Assembly: GCA_016840465.1 (NCBI GenBank)
Contig: JAEOSH010000010.1
Coordinates: forward strand, 1-32,000
From: Candidatus Baldrarchaeum yapensis
GTDB lineage: Archaea > Asgardarchaeota > Baldrarchaeia > Baldrarchaeales > Baldrarchaeaceae
DNA length: 32,000 bases
Reading direction: 5' to 3'
This document shows positions 1 to 8,276 of the stretch, one piece after another. Both the position numbers and the translations under genes were made by a program. Each line of letters starts with the position of its first letter. Positions within the stretch are counted from its first letter, which is position 1. The notes below the pieces were generated by a model that saw only the letters and a program-made list of their open reading frames with translations, was not told the DNA's origin and did no database searches.

Positions 1-2
1 AA

Positions 3-147
3 GTGGCTGTCGCTTGCGCTGAACGTGGAGCGGATCGCCACCGGAAAGACGTGCGTGTGATGCGGAAAGGATGAGGCCCGAGGGGGCAGAGACGGACAGC
101 GCCGTTCGGACCAGCGACCGACGCCCCCGGGCCGATGCCTAGCCGTA
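3..147 (+). ncRNA. candidate structured RNA (GC-rich stems; tandem G.A core), possibly truncated by the window edge
   Basis: About 71% GC at 61-147 (hand count), with an abrupt switch to AT-rich sequence at ~148. GGCCCGAGGGGGC (75-87) pairs with GCCCCCGGGCC (123-133), AGG/CCT (68-70/138-140) and TGCGG/CCGTA (61-65/143-147). GTGGC (3-7) pairs with GCCAC (37-41). It does not match a family I recognise. Confidence 0.3.
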
Positions 148-431
148 AGTGTTTATGTTGAATTTATTTATGAAACAGCCTCATACTACGGCAAAAGCAA
201 TTTAAGAAGAGATCATACCCTCTTTTCTCATGTTACACTCGAACGTTGAGGAGTTTCAGCAAGTGGGTGCCGATCTCGTAGAACTCATTTGAAACTATCT
301 ATCGAACGATTCTCATCCCCTCAAAAGGCTAAAATTCGATTTGGTTTATGCGATGAAACCATTTTCAAAAAATATTTAACATGCGACCTAGGAATGAAAG
401 TGCGAGGGGTCACTAAAGGGATGGCAGGAAT

Positions 432-1238
432 ATGCTTAGCGAGGCTGTAATACTGGCGGCCGGAATGGGAACTAGGCTCAGTATCATCAGCAACCAAAGG
501 CCAAAGTTTCTAGTTAAGGTTTTAGGGTGGCCTCTGATTTTCTTCCCGATACTCATGCTTATATCAATCGGAATCTTCAATATAAACATCGTTGTTCCAA
601 AGGGATGGAAGTCCGAGGCAGAGCAAACTCTCAGAAAAATAAAGGCGAACTTCCAAATAATCGAAAATGATGAGCCGCAGAGAGATAACGGGTATAGCTT
701 TCTCCTAAGTAAACAGATTGTTTCAAGTGATAAGTTCCTCCTAACAATGTGTGACCACATTCTGCCACCATCACTAGTCTCCACGTTCATAAACAACTCC
801 CCTCTGGATTCAAACGTGCATGTGCTTGTCGCGGGGGATAAAAGTCCAAGATATATTGATGTTTGCGAGGCTACCCGAATACTGACGGCAAAGGACGACA
901 ACGTGATCAAAATAGGGAAAAATCTTCCCACATTTGACTATATAGACATCGGCCTGTTCATCATCGACAGAAAAACATTCAAGGTAGCAGAGGACCTTGC
1001 ATCGAAAAAATACGTCATTCGACTCTCCGACGTGATAAATGAGCTACTAGATCGGAATTTCATTGTCAAAGTGATCGACATAACAGGTAACCCGTGGACC
1101 GAAATCGATACCGTCAACGACTACTTCAGCGCACACACGGGCAAACGCAGGGAGGTCATAGACATATTTCTAAAGGAGGTCGAGAAGTGTGGCATCGATG
1201 ACAAAGTCAACGGATGGCCCGGTATCGCGGTACATTAA
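432..1238 (+). CDS. ipct: NTP transferase, CTP:inositol-1-phosphate cytidylyltransferase (IPCT)-like
   Basis: AVILAAGMGTRL and PK nucleotidyltransferase signature, LLTMCDH, YIDIGLF and WTEIDT motifs; lies directly upstream of a DIPPS-like gene. Confidence 0.8.
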   Translation: MLSEAVILAAGMGTRLSIISNQRPKFLVKVLGWPLIFFPILMLISIGIFNINIVVPKGWKSEAEQTLRKIKANFQIIENDEPQRDNGYSFLLSKQIVSSDKFLLTMCDHILPPSLVSTFINNSPLDSNVHVLVAGDKSPRYIDVCEATRILTAKDDNVIKIGKNLPTFDYIDIGLFIIDRKTFKVAEDLASKKYVIRLSDVINELLDRNFIVKVIDITGNPWTEIDTVNDYFSAHTGKRREVIDIFLKEVEKCGIDDKVNGWPGIAVH

Positions 1239-1863
1239 CAGGAAGATTTCCACAAAAATGACAAACTTCATTGTCAGGCATAGAATTCCTCTTACGCCGA
1301 ACCAGGTGTCCGTTATAAGCTTCCTGATAGGCGTCGCGGGATCTATCCTATTCATACCGGGCCACCTGATACTGGCCGGAATACTGATCCAAATATCGTC
1401 GATAGTCGACGGAGTCGACGGAGAACTCGCTAGGGCATTAAAAATGCAGAGCAGGTTTGGAGCGTTTTTTGATGCAATGCTCGATAGGTATGTGGACATT
1501 CTCACCGTCACGTGCATGTCAATATATTTCCTAAAGAGCATCCCCAGCCCCGGAATGCTCGAAATACTGATATCAATAGCAGCAATCACTGGAACCCTCA
1601 TGGTGAGCTATACACATGCACGTGGTGAAGCATCCCTCCGAAAACACCCTCTCTTTATAGGAAAGGTTCCGAGTTTTGCCTCCAGGGATGTCCGCCTCTT
1701 CTTAATATTCGTAGGAGCGGTTTTGGGGGCGTTCTGGGGCATCTTCATATGGGGAACACTGGTATTGCTGGCCGTAGTGACGAATCTCTACGTTATGGCA
1801 AAGTTCATAGATGTGGCGGTTCACCGCTACATGATTGAGGAAGAACCCAGAAAACTCCCATGA
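1189..1863 (+). CDS. dipps: CDP-alcohol phosphatidyltransferase, di-myo-inositol-phosphate phosphate synthase (DIPPS)-like
   Basis: DGPVSRYINRKIS N-terminus, TPNQVS, DGVDGELAR...FGAFFDAMLDRYVD CDP-alcohol motif and SRDVRLF. GGAGGT SD at 1175-1180 precedes the GTG at 1189. Confidence 0.8.
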   Translation: MASMTKSTDGPVSRYINRKISTKMTNFIVRHRIPLTPNQVSVISFLIGVAGSILFIPGHLILAGILIQISSIVDGVDGELARALKMQSRFGAFFDAMLDRYVDILTVTCMSIYFLKSIPSPGMLEILISIAAITGTLMVSYTHARGEASLRKHPLFIGKVPSFASRDVRLFLIFVGAVLGAFWGIFIWGTLVLLAVVTNLYVMAKFIDVAVHRYMIEEEPRKLP

Positions 1864-1872
1864 GCGATCTTC

Positions 1873-2301
1873 TCACAGGCCTCTTAAATCCATAAGGTAA
1901 AGTCCCGTCTCTTCATCAAAACTTCTCCTTATCTCACCATCCACCGTCAGTATGAATATTTCGGCGGTGACCGAAACCACCGCCTCGAAAAGATGTCCCG
2001 CATATGTGCGTTCGGAATCTGCAAGTGTGATATGTGCATGTATGAACGGCTCATTATCCTTTAAGGAAATGTTCCCCACTAGTGAAACAACTTCCAAGTC
2101 CCCTCTAACCTCTCTTGTCTTGTACTCGCCCGCGCTGAAAACTCCTATCTTCGCAAATTCCACAGCTCCTATACCCATAAAAAGGGCCCCTTTAATCCCA
2201 AGCTTCCGCGCGGTCTCCTTCAAACAACTGATTATCTCCTCTCCCTTCCTGAGTCGTACAACGAAAACTTCCCCCACGCCATATTTGCCTATGGATACCA
2301 T
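1873..2301 (-). CDS. PPC/DUF296 domain protein
   Basis: RLRKGEEII, GIGAV, EVVSLVGNIS and HAHITLAD...AGHL motifs. The ATG at 2301 overlaps the upstream stop (TGATG); the ORF track starts at GTG 2316. Confidence 0.85.
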   Translation of the reverse strand: MVSIGKYGVGEVFVVRLRKGEEIISCLKETARKLGIKGALFMGIGAVEFAKIGVFSAGEYKTREVRGDLEVVSLVGNISLKDNEPFIHAHITLADSERTYAGHLFEAVVSVTAEIFILTVDGEIRRSFDEETGLYLMDLRGL

Positions 2302-2978
2302 CACCACTCGCCCCAATACGACAGTAAATCCTCTATCCAGCCCTTCGGATCCCTCGTCACAATGCTATGCCCCTCACATAGGATGTCGATCTCCAATTGC
2401 AATATCCTATTAATAGACTTCCTCCACTCGGAAATATTGCTTCCCCACGCGGAACTGAACGGACCATGCAGATCTCCCCCAAAGAGCATCCTTTTGCCGT
2501 CGACTGACTTGTAGTAAATTGCTATGCTTCCGGGAGTATGTCCCGGAATGTGTAATATCTCCAAACCCACAGATCCGAGTTTTATAACTTCGGATCCCCG
2601 AGTTTTTAGCTTAACATCAACAGGACAGGGTTCGAGAACATCCCCATAATAGTTAGCGGCGCTTCTCATGACATCGCCCCTCTCCACAACATCGGCATCC
2701 AACTCGTGTATAAGAACTTTACATCCGCATTTCTCTCTCGTGACTTTATTTCCACCCACGTGGTCGTAATGCGCGTGCGTGTTTACGAGGTAACCGACAC
2801 TTCTCGGGTCGACTCCAGCTTTTTTCATGTTACTGAAGACCTTACGCGCACCCTTGCCGGTTCCAGCGTCTATCAGTATCGCAGGACTCGCAACTATCAG
2901 GTAAATATATGCATCCGAAAAATGGGAAAGTTCCGGGCCGCCGATCGCATACACGTCCCTTGCGATTCTAACGACCAT
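2301..2978 (-). CDS. metallo-beta-lactamase fold hydrolase (glyoxalase II-like)
   Basis: LIDAG, THAHYDHVGG (HxHxDH), PGHTPGS, FGGD and CEGH motifs. Confidence 0.9.
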   Translation of the reverse strand: MVVRIARDVYAIGGPELSHFSDAYIYLIVASPAILIDAGTGKGARKVFSNMKKAGVDPRSVGYLVNTHAHYDHVGGNKVTREKCGCKVLIHELDADVVERGDVMRSAANYYGDVLEPCPVDVKLKTRGSEVIKLGSVGLEILHIPGHTPGSIAIYYKSVDGKRMLFGGDLHGPFSSAWGSNISEWRKSINRILQLEIDILCEGHSIVTRDPKGWIEDLLSYWGEW

Positions 2979-3098
2979 TGCCGAACCTCCGCTTCTTCAT
3001 AACATCTTTTATTAAAGCTTAATGCTATTAAATTTGGTCAACGCTCGTGGTCGACAACTTTTGTTGATTATTCACAAAAATGAGCCGCGGTGCATAAC

Positions 3099-4574
3099 AT
3101 GGAAATAGATCTGGATCCCGTATTTTACCCGAAAAGTATTGCCGTAATTGGTGCATCTGCGAATCCGATGAAATGGGGCTGGATCATACCCGCAAATATA
3201 ATATCTGGGGGATACACTGGCCGCCTGTATTTAGTGAACCCCAAATACGATAAAATAACAAAACTGAAGTGCTATCCCAATGTCAGGAGCCTCCCGGAAA
3301 CCGTTGATCTCGCGGTATTCACCGTGCCATCAAGGTCAGTACCAGAGTTGCTCGAAGAATGCGGAGAAGTAGGCGTGAAGGCAGCAATAGTGATTGCTGG
3401 AGGATTCAGTGAAGTCGGGAACGAGGGAAAAAGGCTCGAGCAAAAGGTCGTGAATATAGCGAGAAGATATAATATAACACTCATTGGGCCGAACACCATG
3501 GGAATATACAGCGCGCCCGTGAGTTTATGTGCCCTGATGCCCCCAGTTCGCCCAATTAAAGGAGAAGTGTCGATGATATCTCAAAGCGGAAATATCGGAA
3601 CAAACATGCTCGCATTTGGGAGAGTTAACAACGTGGGCTTCAACTTGTTCGCCTGCAGCGGGAACGAGGCTATGGTTCGATGCGAAGATTACATAGAATA
3701 CTTTGGTCAAGATCCAAATACAAAGGTGATACTGGCGTATATTGAGGGCATTAGAAACGGCAGGAAGTTCATGAGAGTGGTGGATGAGGTAATTGAGAAA
3801 AAGCCAATAATTGTATTAAAGGGTGGCAGAACGAGGTCCGGAGCGAAGGCTGCAAGGTCACATACCGGGGTTCTCGCGGGGGAGATGAAAATTTACGAGG
3901 CGGTGTTTAAGCAATTAGGAGTTGTCATTGCAAGATCAACAGATGAAATGCTAGATCTTGCAAAGGCATTTACTAGAGTTCCGTTGCCGAAAGGAAACAA
4001 AGTCGGCATAATAACATGGGGAGGAGGCTACGGAGTGCTGATCTCTGATGCATGCGAAGAGGCGGGGCTCGAACTCGCGGAACTCTCTGAGGAAACATTG
4101 GAGGAATTAAACAGGTTACTTCCCCCCTACTGGAGTCATGGAAACCCTATAGACATGGTGGGTGACATGAACAGGGAGGCACACTTCAAATGCCTGGAGA
4201 TCCTAGTTAGGGACAAAAACGTTGACGCAGTAATAGCGCTGGGGCTGATCACCGGAATGGATTTCTTCGAAGCGTTCCGGAACTTTGATTTTGTTCCAGG
4301 AGAATTCATAGAGGTGTTCTCATCGATGTGGAAAAACTACGATAGGATTGCATTAAGCAAAATAAAAGAGTTGATACAGAAATACGGTAAGCCGATAATT
4401 GCGGTCACCCTCACCGCCGAGGCGAGCAAAGTGCAAAGTGTAATGGATGAGGAAAAGGTACTGGGATACACCTCATTGGAGAGAGCAGCGACGGTATTGG
4501 CAAAAATGTACAAATATTACGAACACCTGAGAAGGAAAAAGTCGGTAAGGGGTGACAGACTGGGGTCTCCCTGA
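3099..4574 (+). CDS. acdA: NDP-forming acyl-CoA synthetase alpha subunit (AcdA-like, CoA-binding plus ligase domains)
   Basis: PKSIAVIGAS, IGPNTMG, SQSG, SGNEA, phospho-His motif SHTG and NPIDMVGD; no ATP-grasp beta domain. Alternative start is GTG 3090. Confidence 0.85.
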   Translation: MEIDLDPVFYPKSIAVIGASANPMKWGWIIPANIISGGYTGRLYLVNPKYDKITKLKCYPNVRSLPETVDLAVFTVPSRSVPELLEECGEVGVKAAIVIAGGFSEVGNEGKRLEQKVVNIARRYNITLIGPNTMGIYSAPVSLCALMPPVRPIKGEVSMISQSGNIGTNMLAFGRVNNVGFNLFACSGNEAMVRCEDYIEYFGQDPNTKVILAYIEGIRNGRKFMRVVDEVIEKKPIIVLKGGRTRSGAKAARSHTGVLAGEMKIYEAVFKQLGVVIARSTDEMLDLAKAFTRVPLPKGNKVGIITWGGGYGVLISDACEEAGLELAELSEETLEELNRLLPPYWSHGNPIDMVGDMNREAHFKCLEILVRDKNVDAVIALGLITGMDFFEAFRNFDFVPGEFIEVFSSMWKNYDRIALSKIKELIQKYGKPIIAVTLTAEASKVQSVMDEEKVLGYTSLERAATVLAKMYKYYEHLRRKKSVRGDRLGSP

Positions 4575-4687
4575 GGAAATATCAGAATCCACGAAATTCC
4601 TCCCTCCACGCGCAATCGCGGAAATTCGTCGGAAATTGTTACTTTTTCGACATTTTCCTTTTTGAACCCCGATCACAAATGGATAAG

Positions 4688-4705
4688 TTTATATTACGGT
4701 ACCGT
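4688..4705 (+). promoter_or_regulatory. TATA box of ssb paralog 1 followed by a 10-bp palindrome
   Basis: TTTATATT at 4688-4695, immediately followed by the perfect palindrome ACGGTACCGT (4696-4705). Confidence 0.5.
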
Positions 4706-4720
4706 GCCTATCCTCACAGC

Positions 4721-4774
4721 CTCTCCCAAAACTTCGCTACATCCTCAACGATGTAGTGGAGTTTTGGGGGAGAG
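4721..4774 (+). promoter_or_regulatory. long 5'-leader hairpin of ssb paralog 1
   Basis: CTCTCCCAAAACTTCGCTACATC (4721-4743), loop CTCAAC, then GATGTAGTGGAGTTTTGGGGGAGAG (4750-4774). The stem is ~23 bp with G.U wobbles on the + strand. Confidence 0.6.
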
Positions 4775-4797
4775 AAATCGACGAGAGATGATATAGT

Positions 4798-5268
4798 TTG
4801 GAAAAAAGTTTCGTAAAAGTTTCTGATCTATCACCGACCAGTAAGGGAGTTAACCTTAAGGTGAAAGTTGTAGGAAAAACCGAACCGCGAGAGGTAGTTT
4901 CTAGAAAGGATGGCTCGATACACAGGGTTGCGGAGGCTATAGTTGGGGACGAAACAGGAATCATCCTCATGACTCTTTGGGACACACGGATAGATGAAGT
5001 CGAAATAGGTGATGTTTTGGAGATTGTCAACGCATTTGTGACCCTTTACCGTGGGTCCATGCGCCTCAACGTCGGAAGATATGGGACAATAATAAAACTC
5101 GAAGGAGAAGATATCGAGGAGGTTAATGAAGAAAATAACCTGAGCGCAATGAGATTCCCCGAGCACAGAGGCTTTCCGACCAAGATTGGGAGAGGCGGTG
5201 GAAAGACTCCCGGAAGGGGAGTTAAAAAACCCCGGAGAAGCGTACCCGGAAGAAGAAGGAGACCTTGA
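4798..5268 (+). CDS. ssb: single-stranded DNA-binding protein, single OB fold (crenarchaeal SSB type), paralog 1
   Basis: VNLKVKVV, VGDETG...LW, GDVLEIVNAFV and LNVGRYG motifs; Gly/Pro/Arg-rich C-terminal tail; TTG start. Confidence 0.85.
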   Translation: MEKSFVKVSDLSPTSKGVNLKVKVVGKTEPREVVSRKDGSIHRVAEAIVGDETGIILMTLWDTRIDEVEIGDVLEIVNAFVTLYRGSMRLNVGRYGTIIKLEGEDIEEVNEENNLSAMRFPEHRGFPTKIGRGGGKTPGRGVKKPRRSVPGRRRRP

Positions 5269-5288
5269 TTGCTCCAAAAAGTTTCGTT

Positions 5289-6233
5289 TTAAATGAATAA
5301 CTCTACTAACTCTTTTCTTTTCTCTAATGCCTTCACCAATTTCCAAACCGCCTTATTCACGGGAGCGTCAATTCCGTATCTCTCAGCCTTTCGTACAATC
5401 GCGCCATTTATGTAGTCTATCTCCGTCCTACGTCCCCTCATCATGTCCTGCAACATAGACGACATATTCTTAGCGGTTCTCTCCGCCACCCTGAAAACAT
5501 CGCTTCTGACATCCCCCAGATCTACACCATCTGCACGCGCAACTTCAACGGCCTCGTCAATTATGCGCTCAGCGAGGAACCTCACATCCTCTATGACTAC
5601 AACACCGCCGTTTCTTATCTTTAAAATCGCAGTCAGTGGATTTATCGCCGCGTTTATTACAGTTTTCCACCACACGAGTTTCTGAATGTTATGGTCAACC
5701 TGAACGTCTATTGATGCCTTTTTCAAAATTTCGGCAAATTCTAAGGTCTTTTTCTTTGCATGTTTTCCCGCCACTGGGCCCAACACGGTTTCGCCGACAC
5801 CTGCGTGTACCACCTTGCCGGGCTCCGGAATATATGCTCCATGATTCGTAATCCCGCGCACCAAATTTACGTCCCCAAGAACTCTAAGTGCATCTTCCTC
5901 ATTTCCCATACCGTTTTGCATTAGAACATAGCAATCTCCCCTCACGTCCCCCTCCTCAAGCTCCCTTAGAATGCTTGAAGTATCATAAGCCTTCACGGTC
6001 ACCATCACGAAGTCGTACCTTTCGCCTGAAATCTCAGATGCCGACGTCGCGAGATCTACATCCTTCACCTCCCTGATAACCTTGCCGTCGGGGGAGAGCA
6101 CAATCAAAGAGCCCCGCCTTCTTATTTCACCTATATGCCACTCTCTCCCCAGCATGCACACCCTTACCACATTAGACAAATAAGCCGCGAAAAGAGAGCC
6201 TATTGCACCGGCTCCTGCGATGAGAACCCTCAT
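5289..6233 (-). CDS. panE: 2-dehydropantoate 2-reductase (ketopantoate reductase)
   Basis: IAGAGAIG Rossmann motif, VTVKAYD, MQNGMG, WWKTVINAAINPLTA, SSMLQD and TEIDYINGAIV. The ATG at 6233 overlaps the upstream stop (ATGA). Confidence 0.9.
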   Translation of the reverse strand: MRVLIAGAGAIGSLFAAYLSNVVRVCMLGREWHIGEIRRRGSLIVLSPDGKVIREVKDVDLATSASEISGERYDFVMVTVKAYDTSSILRELEEGDVRGDCYVLMQNGMGNEEDALRVLGDVNLVRGITNHGAYIPEPGKVVHAGVGETVLGPVAGKHAKKKTLEFAEILKKASIDVQVDHNIQKLVWWKTVINAAINPLTAILKIRNGGVVVIEDVRFLAERIIDEAVEVARADGVDLGDVRSDVFRVAERTAKNMSSMLQDMMRGRRTEIDYINGAIVRKAERYGIDAPVNKAVWKLVKALEKRKELVELFI

Positions 6234-7543
6234 CCTGTCACTCTCTCCCACTTGTAAAGGTCAAGCACCTTGCTCAGAGTTGACCCTCTCCTTATTTCCT
6301 CCATTATTCTGTCCTCTTTCTCCTTCACATCCAACGCCCTGTTTGCAACCTCTATCAGATCCTCCTTTGGTATCACTATCATACCCTCCTCGCTGACAAC
6401 AACGTAATCTCCTGGCCTTATTCTCACGCCCTCTATCTCTATCGGGACATTTATTTCACCGAACCCCTTAGGCTCGCCCGCACGCGCGCAGAAGTACTTT
6501 GCGTATGCAGGGAACCCTATTTCTCTTATTCCATCGAGATCCCTTATCCCGCCGTATATCACAACGCCCTCTATCTTCCTATTCTTAGCACTCTGAGACG
6601 CTAACTCTCCCCACACCGCTGTCTCCTCTCCACCCGCATCTATAATTATGACATCGCCCTCACCCGCGTAGTCTATCGCCTCGACGGGCTTTGACCAGTC
6701 ACCAGGATATGTTCTAACGGTTACTGCCCTGCCCACTATCTTCTTTCCCGGGATGACCGGTTTTAATCCCATTATAACTCTAGCTCTGTGTAACGCATCG
6801 CTTATATTCGGAACAGAAACTCTCCTCAGTATTTCGAGAGCTTCTTCCTCCGTTATCGCCTTCTTTCCTTTCCTAGCCTTTACAGAGATCCTCTTCCGTA
6901 TAACCTCCTTTATGAGCCTTGTCGCCTCCGTCGCATTTTCAGACTTTATTATAGCACCACCCACTATCACGATATCAGCACCCTTCTCCACCGCTATGCC
7001 TGCGGTCTCACTCGTTATACCGCCAGCAATGGCCAATGGCACATCAACTCTTTCTCTGACCTTCTCTAATATGTCAAGAGGTTTCATTCCCCTCATCTGC
7101 TGGTCTATTCCCACATGAACACAAATAATATCGACACCGAGTTTCTCCAACTCCTCTGCCCTTTTCACGGGATCCTCGACATTTATCAAATCGACCATAA
7201 CCATGCCACCATAGTTCCTTGCCGCTGACACGGCTTCCCTCACTGTGCTATCGTCGCTCACTCCCAGTATTATTACAACGGAAGCTCCAGCCTTCAGTGC
7301 CATTTCGACCTCCACACGCCCAGTGTCTATAGTTTTCAGGTCCGCAACTATCACCTTATCTGGGAACGTCTTCTTCATTGTCCTTACCGCGTTCATTCCC
7401 TCGCTCTTTATGAGCGGTGTGCCGACCTCGAGCCAATCTGCGCCCCCTTCTACGCACTCTCTTGCAATCTTAAGTGCACGATCTAACTCAACAAAGTCGA
7501 GAGCCACCTGGAGGATAGGTTCCTTTGCCCCAAGTAAAGCCAC
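6230..7543 (-). CDS. 3-hexulose-6-phosphate synthase fused to an RraA/MenG-like domain
   Basis: LQVALD, EVGTPLIK, VADLKTID and HVGIDQQ (HPS barrel); C-terminal VPNISDAL, GRAVTV, AVWGEL, GGIRD and IRPGDYVV (RraA family). Confidence 0.85.
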   Translation of the reverse strand: MALLGAKEPILQVALDFVELDRALKIARECVEGGADWLEVGTPLIKSEGMNAVRTMKKTFPDKVIVADLKTIDTGRVEVEMALKAGASVVIILGVSDDSTVREAVSAARNYGGMVMVDLINVEDPVKRAEELEKLGVDIICVHVGIDQQMRGMKPLDILEKVRERVDVPLAIAGGITSETAGIAVEKGADIVIVGGAIIKSENATEATRLIKEVIRKRISVKARKGKKAITEEEALEILRRVSVPNISDALHRARVIMGLKPVIPGKKIVGRAVTVRTYPGDWSKPVEAIDYAGEGDVIIIDAGGEETAVWGELASQSAKNRKIEGVVIYGGIRDLDGIREIGFPAYAKYFCARAGEPKGFGEINVPIEIEGVRIRPGDYVVVSEEGMIVIPKEDLIEVANRALDVKEKEDRIMEEIRRGSTLSKVLDLYKWERVTG

Positions 7544-7706
7544 TACGCATCAACTCCGTCTATTGTCGGCAAGTAATGTTAAGGCGTGCTCGAAATATCT
7601 CTGTCGTTTAAAGAGTATTGACGTTTTATAATGTACAGAAATCGGTAGTATTGCGGATTTGGTGACATTTATCTTTGGCCGGATGAGATGATACCCCGGT
7701 GATCTC

Positions 7707-8276
7707 ATGAGCGGAAAGATAAAAGTCGTTAAGATGGATGGGCGTGTTGAGGACTTCAACAAGGAGAAAATAATCGCGGCATGCCAAAATGCCGGCGCAC
7801 CGCCGGAAGTTGCAAAGGAAATTGCAGAAGAGGTAAGTAAAAAGGTAAAAGACGGAATTTCAACGCGGGAAATCAGGACAATGGTCTTGGATATGCTGGA
7901 AAAGAGAAATCCGGAATGGAGAGACAACTGGGAGTTCTACGACAGGATCGTGAAAAAGAGAATAACCTACGAACGCGGCAAATTCGTTGAAGTCAAGAAG
8001 GGCAACCTGTATCTCGGAAGAGAGGTTAGGGATATCGGAGAGAAGGGATTATCCGATCTCGAGGAAGTTCTGGGAATATTGAGGGAGCTGGAGGAAGACT
8101 TGGAACACGGAATTCCCAGAAGAACAATACACAACAGAACTTATGTGCTGTTCATGGCGGTTCTCAGGTCCAAAAAGATGAAGAAGGAGGATAAGATAAA
8201 GGCAATAGAGGCGATCAACGAGTTCAGAAAGAAGCAGGGCTGGAAGCCCTTCGAACTCAAGAGACCAATAGAATGA
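7707..8276 (+). CDS. ATP-cone domain protein with an unrecognised C-terminal domain
   Basis: IKVVKMDGRVEDFNKEKI...ISTREIRTMV ATP-cone signature in aa 1-70; the remaining ~105 aa could not be assigned. Confidence 0.75.
   Translation: MSGKIKVVKMDGRVEDFNKEKIIAACQNAGAPPEVAKEIAEEVSKKVKDGISTREIRTMVLDMLEKRNPEWRDNWEFYDRIVKKRITYERGKFVEVKKGNLYLGREVRDIGEKGLSDLEEVLGILRELEEDLEHGIPRRTIHNRTYVLFMAVLRSKKMKKEDKIKAIEAINEFRKKQGWKPFELKRPIE

Noticed and set aside
1-60. 3' end of a CDS (KWLSLALNVERIATGKTCV*), possibly a transposase tail or a Sec read-through at TGA 58-60
   Set aside because: Only 19 codons are visible, no family motif is secure, and read-through gives no recognisable redox motif or protein-like continuation.
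1-147. SRP RNA, RNase P RNA, rRNA or group II intron
   Set aside because: None of the diagnostic motifs is present on either strand (SRP helix 8 CAGG..GGAA..AGCAG, RNase P GAGGAAAGUCC or ACAGAA, intron domain V).
1170-1240. Programmed frameshift producing an IPCT-DIPPS fusion
   Set aside because: There is no slippery heptamer, and a strong SD plus GTG explains independent initiation of the second gene.
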